64,000 bases of DNA, taken from assembly GCF_009914755.1 (NCBI RefSeq), contig NC_060941.1. One strand, written 5' to 3'. The notes under the pieces were generated by a model. That model did not search any database and had not been told where the DNA came from. It was given only the letters and a program-made list of their open reading frames with translations. The stretch comes from the human T2T-CHM13v2.0 reference genome, Homo sapiens. The position numbers and the translations under genes were made by a program. Below, piece by piece: positions 1 to 17,894 of the stretch. Every line of letters begins with the position of its first letter. The first letter of the stretch is position 1.

Positions 1-162
<162 letters not shown>

Positions 163-478
163 TTACCCGAGGGCCGGCTTTCCTCACTCCCCGCCACAGG
201 TAGGGGAAACCAGGCCGGAGCCGGCGGGCCCACCCGCCCAGAACCGGGAACTCGGCGAGCCCCGCCCCTGCCACCCCAGCGCCGGCCGCTCGGTAACAAA
301 CACTTCCACTTCCTGAGCGCTCGTCTTCGCCCGCCGCGGGGCGCCGCGCCGAGCGCAGGCCCCGCCCCGCGCGTTCCCAATGGCCGGCGCCGTTCACCCG
401 GCCGGAGCGCCCAGGCCTGCAGCCCCCTATTGGCCCGCGGAGGTCCCCACCCTCAGCGCGGCCCCGCCCCCGGGGTAA

Positions 479-1267
<789 letters not shown>

Positions 1268-3719
1268 TGAAACTCGAGCTGCGAGGGGGAGACCGCTTCC
1301 GCCCGCCGACCAGGCGCCCTGACACATCCTAGGCAGGCCTGGGGCTGCGTCCCGCGACCTCCTCTCCTTCCCAGGCTGTGCTGGGAGCTTGAGCGCCTTT
1401 GCCGCCTGCACCTCTTGTTCCCTGGCCTTTGGGAGGGCGGCGCAGGGGAACCCAGCCCCCTTCCCTCGGGTCTGTGGGTGTCTGCTCCCGTTCCTCGGAA
1501 TCCCCCAATCCTGCTCCTTCCCTGGTGCCCTCTCCTCGTTCACCCCAGTCCGCAGATGGGCCGGGGAGAAAGGGCTCTCCGCCCCAGAGGTGCCAGCTTC
1601 GCCCGCCACTCCTACTTCAAAAGCTAGAGGAATAGCATTACTCCTCCTGTGTGGAGCCCCGGCGCGAGGAGGCCCTCTCCGCAGCCCGCCGGTGTGTGTC
1701 CTGAACTTCAGTCCTGCTGGACTTCATCCTCCCGGAGTCCTGTGTGACTTCTAAGGGAGAGGAAGCCCCACCATCTCAGGGCGGTGTGGGGGTTGCCTGG
1801 CAGGGAGGAGGAGCCAAGGCATCTCGGAGTGGTGGTTCTGCCACCTCAGAGGATTTACGATTCTCAGGAATGTGAAGAGTAAGCGCCTAGAACTGTATCT
1901 GGGAGGGAAGGGGAAAGACCTTGGAAGAAGAAAAAGATGGCCATGGGGAGGAGAGAGAGCTCCTGGGGCTCACGGCCCTGTGTGCGCCAGCGGAGCTCAC
2001 GGTGAGCCGGTGGTCTTGCCCTGGCCTTGCCATGGTCACTCTGGTGCCCACACAGCCAGCAGGCCGGTTGCTTTTTGCCCATGTTTGGTGTTTGCCCATG
2101 GGATCCCAGTTTGGATCAGCTGCAAGAGGGGCAGCTGGCAAAATAGGAGTTGTGCTGAGCCTCCTGTCCCCAGAGAGTGGAGTGGTGCATTGTGTAGGGC
2201 AGGGCGTGAGCCTCCCAGGACCCCTTCAGCTTGCACCACCAGCTCTCCCTGGTGGCAGTGTCTGATGGGAGTGTCCGTGGGGCTACGAGGAGCCTCCTGG
2301 ACAGAGAAAGGGCACAGTTCGGCATTAAGGTAGAAGGCAAAGCCCTAGAGGATCAACTGGTTTGGTGGAAGTGAGGTCACCAGAAGCCCTGTCCAGCCAG
2401 AGCTGGGTGCTGGGAATGCCAGGGCCACCAGGCTCCCACTTCCTGCCCCTGCCAAGCTGGCATTGGCAAGGGGAGGGGGAAGGGATCTGAGCACCCGGAG
2501 CAAGGAGGTTGATGCCAGGGAGTTGGGGCCGATGATCTCCAGTCCCAGGCAGAAATCCAGTGTGAACTTTGTGCTGAGTCCATCGATCAATTTGACATTC
2601 TTTTTTTTTTTTTTTTTTGGACTTTGGCACCCACACAAATACCCACCCACCCCCACCCCCCACAAGTTGCAGTCTCGTTCAGCTCCTCCCTTTGCCCTTT
2701 TGGTTATGCTGCTGGGTGCCAGAGGGCCTGGGAGGCGAACGTGGAGGCCTGGCATAGCACACGTGCGCAAAGGCAGCAGCTTTGAGCTTCCTGGGTGAGC
2801 ACAGACTCAGATTCCTGCATGTTTTGGAGGGACACCTACATTTGTGTGTACTTTGTTAGGCCAGGAGATGAGAGGAGAGCCACCAGCAAATCCTGGGGAC
2901 ACCATCACCAGCCAAGTCCCAGGACTTCTGAGTTCTGGTTCTCCCATCTGTGAGATGGAGGCATTGGGCGATGTGATGCCTGCCTTCTCTAGAATTATAG
3001 AAATGACGTGAAGCACTTGAGCCCCTTACTAAATGCTGAACTGCACTCCTTCATGCCTGGCGTTTGAATCCCAGCTCCTCTAAACTGACTCCTAGTCAAC
3101 ACCATTGAGTCCTTCTAGCAGAAAATCCTCTCCTCTCAATCCTGTGTGTTGAGCATACAGACACCCATGTGGTTATTAGAAAAAATGTTAACAGACATTG
3201 TAAGAGTTCGTTTTTCTAAAACACACCCGTTTCCTACATAAAGCATCAAATGGAGGTTTGCCAATTCGTTTTAGTCTGAATTTGTGTGCAAGGTGGGGCT
3301 GTTCCCTTGTCTTCATTAGCCCTCCACTTACTAAGTGATGATATCAGTGGAAAAGTGTGGCGCAGAGAGTGGTTGGCTGGGTGGCCTCTGGCTGGGAAGA
3401 CCAGCTGTGTCCAGAACCACTCAGGGCAGAGGCTGAGGGGTGCCTGTAACACTGGCCATCCCCGCTGGGGAGTCTAGGCCTAAGGAGGTGGAAGTGGCTC
3501 TCCAGCTCTGCCCACCGGCTTTGCTTTGTGGATGGCCTTCCCCGCCTGCCCCGTGGGGAGAGAGGAGCAGCAAGACCCGCCCTGCTGTTCCCCTGCTTAA
3601 AGCCCTCCTCCCCCCATTCACCACCAGTCACAGGATGAGGCCTAAACCCTTGAGTCTGGGTTCAGAGTGCCGGCCGGGCAGAGCCGAGCCAGCTCAGCTG
3701 TACTAGCCAGGCTGTGCGA

Positions 3720-3850
3720 AGCCAAGTTACCTCACCTCTGTAAGCCTCCATTTCCTCTTGTGTAAGTTGGGGGTTATGGCAGCTACCTCGGAATTGCATG
3801 AGGCTGTGTGTAAAGCACGTAGCTCAGTGCCTGGCACTGAGTCCAGGCTC
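3720..3850 (+). mobile_element. MIR (SINE) relic
   Basis: MIR core-like AAGTTACCTCACCTCTGTAAGCCTCCATTTCCTC...TGTAAAGCACGTAGCTCAGTGCCTGGCAC; similar relics near 8540-8740, 11690-11810, 13600-13740 and 24200-24360 (orientations vary). Confidence 0.7.
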
Positions 3851-4005
3851 AGCCAGCCTTTGCAGTTGGTATTGGAATGAATACATATTTCATAGTGATC
3901 ATTGCACACCTATCATGGGGCAGCTAGCGCTGGGTCAGCCTGCCTAGTTGGGCAAATGCCACTGTGGCCAAGCCTGGCACACAGTCAGTGCCTGATCGAT
4001 GGTCA

Positions 4006-4150
<145 letters not shown>

Positions 4151-4366
4151 AAATTTTTTCTTTTTTTTTTTTAAGAGTTATATGCTGTTCCATGGCCCTT
4201 CTCCATCTGGCAGCCTGTTCTCACCACTGCCTCCCTACCCCCAAAACCACACCCAGGGTCCGAATTCCCCTCTAGCCTCTAAGCCTTCACACCCTGACAC
4301 TTCTGTCCCCTCCCAGGGAGCCTGTCCTTAATCCAGTAGGCAGAGTTAGCATTTCCTTTCCTTCAC

Positions 4367-4630
4367 TTTTTTTGTTTTTGTTTTTGTTTTTGTTTTTTTT
4401 GAGACAGATTCCACCCAGGCTGGAGTGGTGTCGCAACCTCGCCTCGCTGCAGCCTCGACCTCCAGGGCTCAATCGATCCTCCCACCTCATTCTCCCTAGT
4501 AGCTGGGACTACAGGCATGCACCACTATTCCCAGCTAATTTTTAAATTCTTTGTAGAGATGGAGTTTCACCGTGTTGCCCAGGCTGGTCTTGAACTCCTG
4601 GGCTGAGGTGATCTGCCAGCCTCGGCCTCC
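4367..4630 (-). mobile_element. AluJ-type
   Basis: (TTTTTG)n tail then antisense Alu body. Confidence 0.9.
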
Positions 4631-5435
4631 GCCTCCTCTTTGTCCTTACATCTTTTATCGCTCTAAACACACAATATTTTAATCATCTGTTTGTGACCTT
4701 TTTCTCCACTACGTGGTAAGCCCAAGGGCATCAACTGTGGCCTATTTGTGTTTCTATCCCCAGCGCTGTCCTTGGCACATGGTAGGGAGGCTCTCAAAAA
4801 CAGTTTTTGAATTAATGAATGAATATATAACAACAGTCAGGGACCTTTGTCCTCATTCAGCTCATCCCGCCCCGCCCAGAGATTGGAATTCCAGATAGAA
4901 CCTACCCACTCTTCTTTCTTGCCTGCTAGCAGCTTCTATTTGAAAACTAGAAAGCCAAAAGTCCAGGCTTTGGGGTCAGCCAGATCAGTGTTTGAATCCC
5001 AGCTCTGCCGTGTGCTGGTTCTGGGATCCTGGGAGTTCATTTTTCCCTGCAACCCTCAGCCTCCACCTCTGTGAAAGGCACTGCCTGCAGGGTTATTGGG
5101 AAGATTTGGTGGCATGACAGGTTTGTAAATGAAAGTGCTAGTTTGGGGTGTTTCCTGCCAGCCCTGACCCTGATCCCAGAGTCAGAGTGCAGGCACCCCA
5201 GGGAGCAAGGTGGGTGGTGGGGCACAGTTAGCTGGAGGGCCATCAACCTCTTTCCCAGGGCGGGCGGGCCATTTTACACCAACCAAGTTGGAGCTCTGGT
5301 AGGGCAGAACAGAGCTTGAGCTGCTGGGTGTTTGGATTTGAAATGGACAGGGTATGTGATTGTTTGTGTGTTGGGATCTCTTTCTTTGCTGGCAAAACAG
5401 TGTAGCCCCTGGTTCTTACCTTCAAGCTCCTGTTA

Positions 5436-6060
<625 letters not shown>

Positions 6061-6249
6061 GAAGAAGCTCAGCCGAGGTCTTGTTGGTGCTGCAGGACTC
6101 TTTACAGGGAGAAACCAGAGCTCTAGACCCCAATAACAAATGTTCCTCTGTTTTCGTTGCTCTAAGATAGAGTGGCCCTACCTGGAAGGAAACAGGTTTG
6201 TACAGTGCCTTTAGGCACTCTACCTATGACATAAAGATGTTGACATGCA

Positions 6250-6682
<433 letters not shown>

Positions 6683-7659
6683 TAGCTATTGTTTTCTCTA
6701 TTTTGTAGGTTGACAGTAAGTGTTCAATACATGATAGCTACTATTTGTGTCTAGCACTGTGCTAAGTACTAACCTTGCCTGTCTCATTTAATCCACATGA
6801 CCACCAGTGAGGCAGATATTGGCCCCATTCTCTGCCTATGGAGGCTGAGGCTTGATCAGTTAAGGTGGCCATGGCGGGTCCCAGGACTCTGAGCTAGCGA
6901 CTCCTCCCACACAGCGCAGGGGTGTGTCTTGGAACCCAACCCTCTGACTCTAGTGCCTGCACAGCCATTTGGCCACATGAGTAGGCTGTGCTTGAAGCCT
7001 GACTCTGCCAGGTGTTTCTGCCCATCATATTCTGAGCCACAGCTGGACCATCACAGTGGTATAAATTCAGGCTGCTTGAACTGGCTTCCTGTAAGGATCC
7101 AGGGCTTCCAGGTGCTCCTGTCCCTAGCAGGGCATCCTTGCAGTGCCTCAGCCCATAAGTGGCAGGCTCCTGTCCCCATCCCTTCTCACGTGATGTGATA
7201 GGTCAATCTGGAATCTGGTAACCAAGTATCTACCCCCGCCCTCACTCCCCAGAACCTGCACAGAGAGCCCCCCTCAAGGGTGGTCTTCACTGTTGACCGA
7301 AGCCTTCCCCTCATGGTAGGACAACTCACCATGTCCCCAGACTCCTAGGCAATGTTTAGGTCCCTAGGCCCTAGAAAAGGACAAGAGTTACAGATTCCCT
7401 GAGGTCCAGGTCACCTCGGGGTGGTGTGGGAACACACAGAGAATGCTGGCCAGGTTCAAGTCCCACTCACTGCTGGGTGCTGAGAGCTCTGAATTCTCCG
7501 AGACAGGCTGCAGCCTCTCCCTGTGCTAAGGTCAGGGGAACAGCAATGGCCAGGGGTATTTAGAGGAGTGTGTTTGGGGCAGTCTCAGGCAGCACAGGTC
7601 TGTGCTGTCCGGGCAGCAGCCACCAGCTTCGCGAGGCTCCCGGGCACTCGAGATGTGCT

Positions 7660-8536
<877 letters not shown>

Positions 8537-11500
8537 TCTGGATCTGAGCTCAAATCCTGCCTTTGCCCGTCAGCCATGTGTACTTGAGCAACTGACTCCA
8601 GCTTTTTGAAGCTGGGTTTCCTTTTCTGTGAAATGCTGGCAATAATACTTTCCTTTTAGGACTATAATTGGCTCTTAAGAAGAAAACACATGTAAAGAGC
8701 TCGGTGCCTAACACATAGTAGGTGTTCAGTAAATAGCAGCTGCTATTTGTTACTTCAGTGTTGAGCCCCAATTTCACAAGCTCCTTGAAGGTTCTTAATA
8801 GCCCCTTGGGACAACCCCTGGGGGTTAAATCTAGAGACTTCTGGGAGGAGGGTGAGGGATGAGGAAGGATGCAGCAGGGAAGGCATGGGGCGGCCAGCCC
8901 TGGATGGTGTCCAGCCGGGCTGCAGCCCAGGTACCAGCCTGCTCCATCCCAGGCTTGCCCAGCCCTGCAGAGACCTGAGCCAGACTCTGCCCCCTCTTGC
9001 CCCCGTGGGTCTCCATGGCTGGCACAGGGAGAAGAGGTTACTAGCCAGAAGGAGAACCTGTTTCAGACCTCTGAGTCCTGGGGGTGTCTGTCAGACCAGC
9101 AGACCTCACTTTAGTTTGTGTCTCCCTCCTGGTTCCCACCCTACCAGACTCCAGGGAAAGCTCTTCCCACTGAGAAATAGGAAGGAAGAGATCAAGGGCT
9201 AGGAGCAGTGAGTGACTTTTTTTAAAATGGACACATCCAACATTCCCCTGCCGCCCGCACAGACCTGGAGGGATGTGGAGGGTGGAAGGGGGTCCCATAG
9301 AGTAAAATGAGGTGACATCAGGGCCACTACGCAGGGGGCCAGTGACAGCCAAGCCCCCTGTACCTCACCTAGGGTAAGGAGAAGACACCTTCTGCCTAGA
9401 GGTGTGGACACTGGCTGAGTGCCTGGAGCCCCTGGTCACTTCCCAGTGCCCCCAGGCTGCCCGTCACACAGCACTCCAGGCAGGGCCAGCTGTCTCCATC
9501 CTGGCTTCCTTGAAGAGCTGGCACCAGGCCCAGCCCTGTCTCCAGAATCTGGGGAACAAACTGAGCTGTCTCCCAGAGCAAATATGGCTCTTACACCCAA
9601 CATACTCCTGACACACACACCCCAGCCCCTGAGAACAGCCAGGGTTCCTTCCTGCCCCCGCCGTCCTGCCCCCTTCCATCCTCTTGTTGGGGCTGATTTT
9701 CCTGTATTGGGCATGGGGCACTGGTCTTCTTTGCATAAACAAGAGCCCTGGGCTGGGGGAGGGGCAGTCTTGAGAGGTGGGGTTACCTCTGTTGTTCCCC
9801 TGGACACCCAAGTGGTCTTCCTACTCCTCCAGCCCCTTTCCTCTGGGGTCCTGAGCTAGCTGGCTCGAAGGAAGCGGGCTGGGCTGTTTCTGTAGGGCCC
9901 ATCACCATGGCATCAGCCAGGGAGGGGCTGGGCCCAATGGGGCGTTGGCCCCCAGGCTCCCACAGCCTTCCCTGAAGGGAGGAAGGAGGAGCAGGGAGCG
10001 GCCCTGGGCCTGTTCCCCAGAGACGGTCACTGGGATTAGGGTATCGACTTTCCCCAGCTTTCCAGGTGACTGCTGGTGGCGCCTATTGAATTCCGTGCCC
10101 GCCATCCGCTCCCTGGACTGCGTGGGTGGAGGTGATGGGGCGGCCACTTAGGGCGCGGTGAAGCTCCCTGGGGGAAAGGACAGATGAAGGGAGGAAGCCT
10201 GAGGGTGGAGGAGGCCCCGGGAGAAGGGTGTGGGGGCAGCTCTCCGGGCAGGGTCTTTTCTGGAAAGCCAGCCAGCATTTTGTGAAAGTGAGAGTCTCCA
10301 GCCTGTCCAGCCCTGGGTCACCCCGGCCCAGCTGCGCTGCCCATCGGCTGCATGGCCTCATGTTCCCTCCTGTTGATTCTGGCTCTCTGCCAGTCTCCTC
10401 TCTGAGCAGATCCTGATTTTGTCTTGAACTTGGGTCTCCCAGGCTGTCGTCGTCACTGGAGGTCCCACTTTGCCCTCCGGAACTCACTGGGGCTATGTTC
10501 CTTTTGAGTCTCCTCCTCCCACCATGCTTCGGACCCCTCTGTAGCTGGCTCCTCCTAAGATCCTGGGGGCCACACACCAAGCCCAACATGCCTGGACGTC
10601 ACTCCCATTTATCCCCTTTCCCCAGAGGCAGAACCCAGCCCTGCCCCAGCTTGGCGGTGAGGGTCCAAGAGCAATGGTGGCTGAGCTCGGCCAGGTACCC
10701 CACACCTCCCCATCTTCTCCTCTCAGTGCTGGGCCTGGAGACCACAGGCCAGGCCCCACAGATCCCCAGGGGGGCTGCCCCAAGGGACTCCCCTGCCAGC
10801 CCCAGCCTCCACCCAGGCTGGGATGGGCTGGCTTGATGGGCTGACTCAGCAACTGGCACTGACACCTCCTGGAGACAGCTGGGAGGCTCCTGCTAGGGAG
10901 GGGTGAGGAGGAACAAGGCTGGTCTCCCTTGAAGAGTGGGAACCCCCCTTCCCATGTGAGGGGAGGAAGTCTCTAGGGACTTGGGAAGGAGGCTCTGCAG
11001 GTGCATCGGAGCTGTCTAAATGCTGGTGGGGTCTACCGGGGGCTTCCCATCTCCTTGTCCAGCCACCCCCTCAGGTCCTGGAGCCGCCACAGAGCCACAT
11101 CTAGACAGAACAGTGGAGCAGGTCCCAGTGCAGGGGAAGGAAACAGAGGGCACCTGAGCCCCTCAGGCTGGGTACCCTGTTTCCCCTTGAACTGCACGAC
11201 TTGGTGCTGGCAGAGCGGAGCAAGGCTCAAAGCAGGCCCTGGAGCTTTGGCACCATATGTCACTAGGCGAGGGGCACTGGGCTGAAGATCAGTAAGGGAA
11301 GCCCACAGCACAGAGACCAGGGCCAGAGGATGGGCATCCCAAAGGCAGCTAGCACAGCCCTGCCCTGCCAGCCGGGGGGGGCGCCCAGAGCCACCTGCCC
11401 CCAGTCCAGCCATGCCCCTGCCCTGTCACCCACACCAGGCTTCATCCCCCAGCTCAGGCTGCAGCTCCAGCTGCGAGAGGCCCTGAGCGCCCGGAAGGAA

Positions 11501-13884
11501 GGCTGTGGTAGGTTGTGGTTTCTTCAGCTCCCAGCCTACCTCCAGCAGAGGCTGCAGCCGATGCCCTGGAGAGAGCCCCTGTCTGCCCTCTGCTGCCTGA
11601 CTCCTGTTGGGTCCTCACCTCCCAATGGGTTGCCCCATTCTGGACTTGGATCCTTAAGGAGCACCCTGCAGTGTGGTGGAAGGAGGACAGGTTCCAAGTC
11701 AGAGACCAGGGTTGGAGTTCTGGCTGTGTGATGTCAGGCAGTGGGCTCCACATCTCTGAGCCTCAGTTTCCCCATCTCAAAAACAGCTGACAAGCCCCAG
11801 TCAGGTTGTTATGGGAAGGTTTTTGGGAGCGCAGGGACGGTGGAGGGAGGTTGGAGGAGGTCACTAGAGCTGCCCCCTGCCTGTCCTGAGATTTCACCCT
11901 CCCCACTTTCTCAGGGTGTCTGGCTGAAGCAGAAAGCTGCGCCTGTCCTGGTGACGGCGACTGGTCAGACTTGTTTCTGCTCACCTAGGCGGCCCGGGGG
12001 AGGGCCTGGCTGGGAGCTTTGTGGAGGGATTAGCTCTAGGGGAGAAGAGCCTCACTTACTCCCGGAACAAGATCCCACAGGGCTGTGGGAGTGCCGGGGG
12101 GTGAGCCTGGGGCAGGTGACAGCCGAACTAGCTGGGAGTGGGCCCTGCAGTGAGGCAGGGGGTGGGCCAGGGAGAACAAGGCAAGAGGAGCTTCATTCAG
12201 GGTTCCTGAGCCTTTGTGAGCCACTCACGTTTTTACCACTCACTTAACCGTCTTTGTTGTTGGGGTGAGGGGTCCTCGAGCCTGGATTTGGGTATGAAAA
12301 CCCAGGCAAGAAAGACCTGCCCAAGCCTTTAAAGGAATGCAAAGTCATCCTCTAGCCACCCCCAGAGATCGAAAGGCTGGGGATTGAGTCTCCTGCAGAT
12401 GGTGGCGGCCTCTGGGGCTGGCAAGTTGGGACAGAGGCCCATAAGCCCTCCTGGGCGCGCCTTCCCACCCCTCTCGGCCCTCTCCACTCCCAGCTGGGGA
12501 TTTGGGTTTCAGAGCAGCCTGGCACACACACCCCCACCCCACCAGAATCTCACTCCCAGCTTCCTATGACTATTCATTAGTATTCACAACAATGGGAAAG
12601 TCTGGGTGTGCACAGGGATTTTTTACAGTTAGAAAGTGTTTAAGTCAATGACCTCACTGGGCCTCAGCAACCCTGGGAGGCAGATGGCAGTCAGAATGAT
12701 CCATAAATGACCTGCCCCAGGTCACACAGCTCCTAAACAGGGGAGCTGGAACCTGGCTGGGAGCCTTGACTATCCACTGCTCATTGTCTGATGTGCTGAG
12801 TGATAACACAGGGCCAGCAGGCTGGACAGCAGCCAGTGGCCCTGCACCAGGCCTGGAGGAGGGGGAGAGGGACAGGGACTCAGGCGTAGTCCTTGGGCAC
12901 AGGCTTCGGCTGCCTACACCCATATTCCCTCCATCATACTGTGTGTCCAGGCCTGCAGCTTCTAAGCTGAGCTGCTTACTTTGGACCAAGCATGTTGGAA
13001 ACTGTTTTCAGCTGAGTCCAAGCACTCGAAATCTGCGTGTGCCCTTTTAGTAGGTCACACCCTCCAGGCCACAGCCACACTGGGCTCCCTTTAGCCCAGC
13101 CCTGCTTTTCCCAGTCCCCTCCCCATTCAGGCTCCTCTGTTTCTGGGGTCTCTGTGCTTCCGTTGCCACCTCTGCCCTTGGGCAGCGGTGTCGGGGGAGG
13201 AGGTCCTGGAACGCCTGAGGATGGCCCCGTCTTGTCCAGGTCCCCTTGCTGTGCTGAACAATAAGTTTTTGGTTATCTGCTCCTTCTGGCTCCCTTTTGG
13301 CTGGGCCATTCGGCTTGGTGGGGGTGAGAGAGAGATCGAGTATATGGAGGAAGGCTTTACTGTAAACACACTGACCAGCTTTCAGTAAACACCTGCCTCT
13401 TCCTCCCCTGCTGCAGAGAACGGGGTACAAAGGGGCTGGGGGTCCTCAGTCATATGCCCCAGGTCCCCAGCCAGGCTGACGGGTGCCACACTCTGCCCCC
13501 TCTCCAGGAGGGCCAGACTGAGCCACCAATGGGGAGGGATAGAGGCCCGATCAACACAGCATGTGATTCACCTTAGACTGTCAGAAGGGACAGGCATGTG
13601 AGAGCTAACCTGGTCCTACCCCTCATTTGGCAGAAGAGGAAACTGAGGCTTGGACAGAGCAGTGTTTTATCCACATCACCTAAGCAGTTAGCTGCGGTGC
13701 TGGGTATCCACACAAGTCTTTTGAGTCCTGGGCCAGAACCCTCTCAAATTGCTGTGTAGGGATCTAGGCAAATTTGCATCCTCCCAAACCTTCCTTGGTT
13801 GGGGAGATGGGGACAGGCAGAGGACAGGGAAGGCAGAACCTGGGGCACTGTGGAATAGCCATGGACCCTCCCCTGTCCCTGCAG

Positions 13885-14046
13885 CGCGAGCTTCGGCCTC
13901 GGCTCTGTACCATGAAGAAGGGCCCCAGTGGCTATGGCTTCAATCTGCACAGCGACAAGTCCAAGCCAGGCCAGTTCATCCGGTCAGTGGACCCAGACTC
14001 CCCGGCTGAGGCTTCAGGGCTCCGGGCCCAGGATCGCATTGTGGAG
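13885..14046 (+). CDS. SLC9A3R1: NHERF1 exon 2 (N-terminal part of PDZ2)
   Basis: CCCTGCAG|CGCGAG; [22 protein letters not shown]...DRIVE; GAG|GTGATG; 162 nt, phase 0-0. Confidence 0.99.
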
Positions 14047-14169
14047 GTGATGCTTCTCGCTCTCTTCCTATCTGACTGCCCCCACCCCCTGCAGATCAGC
14101 AGCACCTGGGGCAGCCATCATACCATCATGGGCTTGATTAGCCCACGGGCATAGCCAACCTGGAGCTGC

Positions 14170-14250
14170 TGGATGGATGGGTGGATGGGAGGGAGGGAGG
14201 GAAGGGTGGTGGATGGATAGACGGAAGGACAGATGGACTGACTGATGGAC
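14170..14250. repeat. (GGAT)n/(GGGA)n low-complexity microsatellite
   Basis: GGATGGATGGGTGGATGGGAGGGAGGGAGGGAAGG... Confidence 0.8.
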
Positions 14251-14417
14251 TCTTCTCTTACCTCCACTCCCCTGGACTCCTCCTTGCCAAGCAGATACAG
14301 TGGGCAGCCTGTGATTCACCCATCGATCAGGGAGATGTCTGGGGCCATCTCCAGAGCTTCCCTGCTGCCAGGCACACAGAGTGGGGTGGCAGTAACAAAA
14401 CCCCTCTCCTGAGTTAG

Positions 14418-14732
<315 letters not shown>

Positions 14733-15241
14733 CCGAGTTAGGCTTTTAGACTCGTGCATTCAGGGCTCTGGTGCTGTGCTCCTGGGAGAGGAAACGTGAA
14801 CCAAATGCTCAGGCAGGTCCCAGAATCACAGTCTTAGAACCTTAGAGCTAGAGATCAGCTCTCCCAAGACTTCTCATTTTACACGTGAGAAAACCAAGGC
14901 CCAGAGAAGGAAGTCGGACAGCAAGTCCTTACCCAGGCTGGGCCCCACCCCGGCCTCCCAGCTCGCTCCCATCCCATCTCTCCCAGCTGTGTTTGTTTAG
15001 TCTCGTCTGGATATTTTCGTTGGCCCTTCCCATGTATCCTGCCTCCCCAGCTGACTGTCAATGGGAGGACCCCCAGCCTAGTTCAGGACTCTGCAGAAAT
15101 GGCGGGGGTCAGTATCCCCAGGTTGTGAACTGCAAACTGGCTGAGAACCAAGGTGGTCACCCCTGCCCCCAACCCCCCTCCACTTACCTGCCCCAGAACC
15201 AAGGCCTGTGTCCGTAACGCCTCCCCGACCCTGCCCTGCAG

Positions 15242-15395
15242 GTGAACGGGGTCTGCATGGAGGGGAAGCAGCATGGGGACGTGGTGTCCGCCATCAGGGC
15301 TGGCGGGGACGAGACCAAGCTGCTGGTGGTGGACAGGGAAACTGACGAGTTCTTCAAGAAATGCAGAGTGATCCCATCTCAGGAGCACCTGAATG
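15242..15395 (+). CDS. SLC9A3R1: NHERF1 exon 3 (C-terminal part of PDZ2)
   Basis: CCCTGCAG|GTGAAC; [22 protein letters not shown]...QEHLN; ATG|GTAAGC; 154 nt. Confidence 0.99.
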
Positions 15396-17116
15396 GTAAG
15401 CCAGGTGGGGCCACTGGCCGTCCTGGGGCTGGAGCCCCCCAAGTCAGGGATGTGAGCCAGGGCTAAGACTGCTGGGTCCCAGGCGAGGGGTGGGCAGCTT
15501 CCCGGCATGGGTGCTCCCTCCTCCTCCTTCATGGGAGGCCCAGAGGTGTGGGCTGGGGGAGCGGGGGCCTAGTGTAGGGAGTGGCAGTGGGTTTCTGAGG
15601 ACGGCTTGTGATGGGGTCAGCTGGCATGAGGTCGGTGAGAGAGATGGACAGATCTTCTTATTCCCGGCCAAAGCTGCAGCCCCAAAGGAGGCCCAAGCCC
15701 CCAGTCCTGTCCCCACCAGCAGACTTTCAGGGCAGTGTCAATGTGAGGAAAGGGTTAACTCCGGGGAGGCCTCCAGCCTTTGCTTGGTCAGATCAGAGTC
15801 CAGTGACGGGGGCCGGTGCCTCCCCCTCCCTCCTCTCAGGTTGTCTTGGAAACTCAGCCTTGCTGGCTCTAGAGAGTAGTGGGTCCCCCTTCAATCCCTG
15901 GGCCCCTGCCCTCCCCATCCCCCACCATCACCCTGCCAAGCCTGGCGCCTCCCCCTGCCCAGGCCCGAGCCAAACAGGGCAGGGCTGCTGCACCGGGGCA
16001 GGGAGGGGTTAAGCATGCTCTGCTCCTTGGTCTGGACTTTCTCCCTGGGAAGATGGCTCCCTGGAGCGGGCAGGGGTGCTCACTGGGCCATACTGAGGGT
16101 GGAACCTCTTGGGACTTTGCAGTGGGTGGGGCCTCCTGGAGACTCAAGGTTGTATGTGTAAAAGGAGATTCACACAAAGGTCCTGCGACTCCCATCGCCA
16201 GCTGCAAGGGCCCACTGGGGAGGCCCTGTCCCCTTCTGGCGCAATCCAAGGCCTGAGGCTCCTAGAAGAGGGGATGGCCCCTGGAAGTCCCTAGCTGGCT
16301 CTGGGCATGGGAGGTGGGGTACCGCCTTACCCTTATCTCCCAAGTTCATGGAAACCAGGTAACTCAGATAATCCCCTTCTCCACTGAGGGGGAGACTAAG
16401 GCCCAGAGAAGCCCCAGCCTTCCTCCTAGGGATCTGATACGAGGAAGACACAGCTGGAATCTGGATTCCACTCAGCTCCTGGGATACTGTCCCCTGCTTC
16501 CCCCACCCCTTCACCCTGCAGGTAATTGGCCCCCTCAGACATTCCTCCCTCTTCTGCCTGTCTCTCGGGCTAGAGGGGCTGCAGCCTCTGGCCAAAGGAC
16601 CTGAAGAGGGAGAGGCCTGGGGACAGTCCCCTCCCCGCAGTCCCTCCAGGATGGCATCCTCACCCTTTCCATAGGGAGGAATGCCCCCCTCTCCGGCTGC
16701 CAGGGTTTCACCCTGACCACTGTGAGCTGATGGGGAGGGGACAGTGAGTGACCCTGTGTCCCAGCAGCCTGTCCTTGCCCGGGGAAGGCTGTGGGTGTCA
16801 AAAGGGAGGAGAAGATGAGAGTCAGGTATCTCTGGCTGTGTCCTGGACTGGGGACAGGGAAAAGATAACCAGGAATTTTAAGCTAAGAGTTCAGAAGAAG
16901 CCCTACACTGACCAGTCCCTGGAGATGGAACAGCCACCCCTGAAGCCATGTGGGACCCCTACCCTGAGTGAGCCCAGTGAAGGTGACCCCAGACCTGTCT
17001 TCTCTCCCTCTGACCCCTCCAGGTTTCCCACTGGCTGGGGGAGGGGATACCCAGGACACACCCCTTGAGCCTTCTCGTCCCCCCTCATTTCCTGATTGGC
17101 AAATAGGAGTTGGGAT

Positions 17117-17724
<608 letters not shown>

Positions 17725-17894
17725 ACTATTTTCTCTTTCAGTTGAGGCAGGTACTAACTATAGTCTGGGGTGTGGTTCCAATTTTGGTGTCATCATCATC
17801 ACCTGGGAAGCGTTTGGAAAATGTTGATTCTTAGGCCTGCCCACTAAACCAGAATCTGTGCTGCCAAGGTCCAGGAATCTGTACTTTAACAAGC

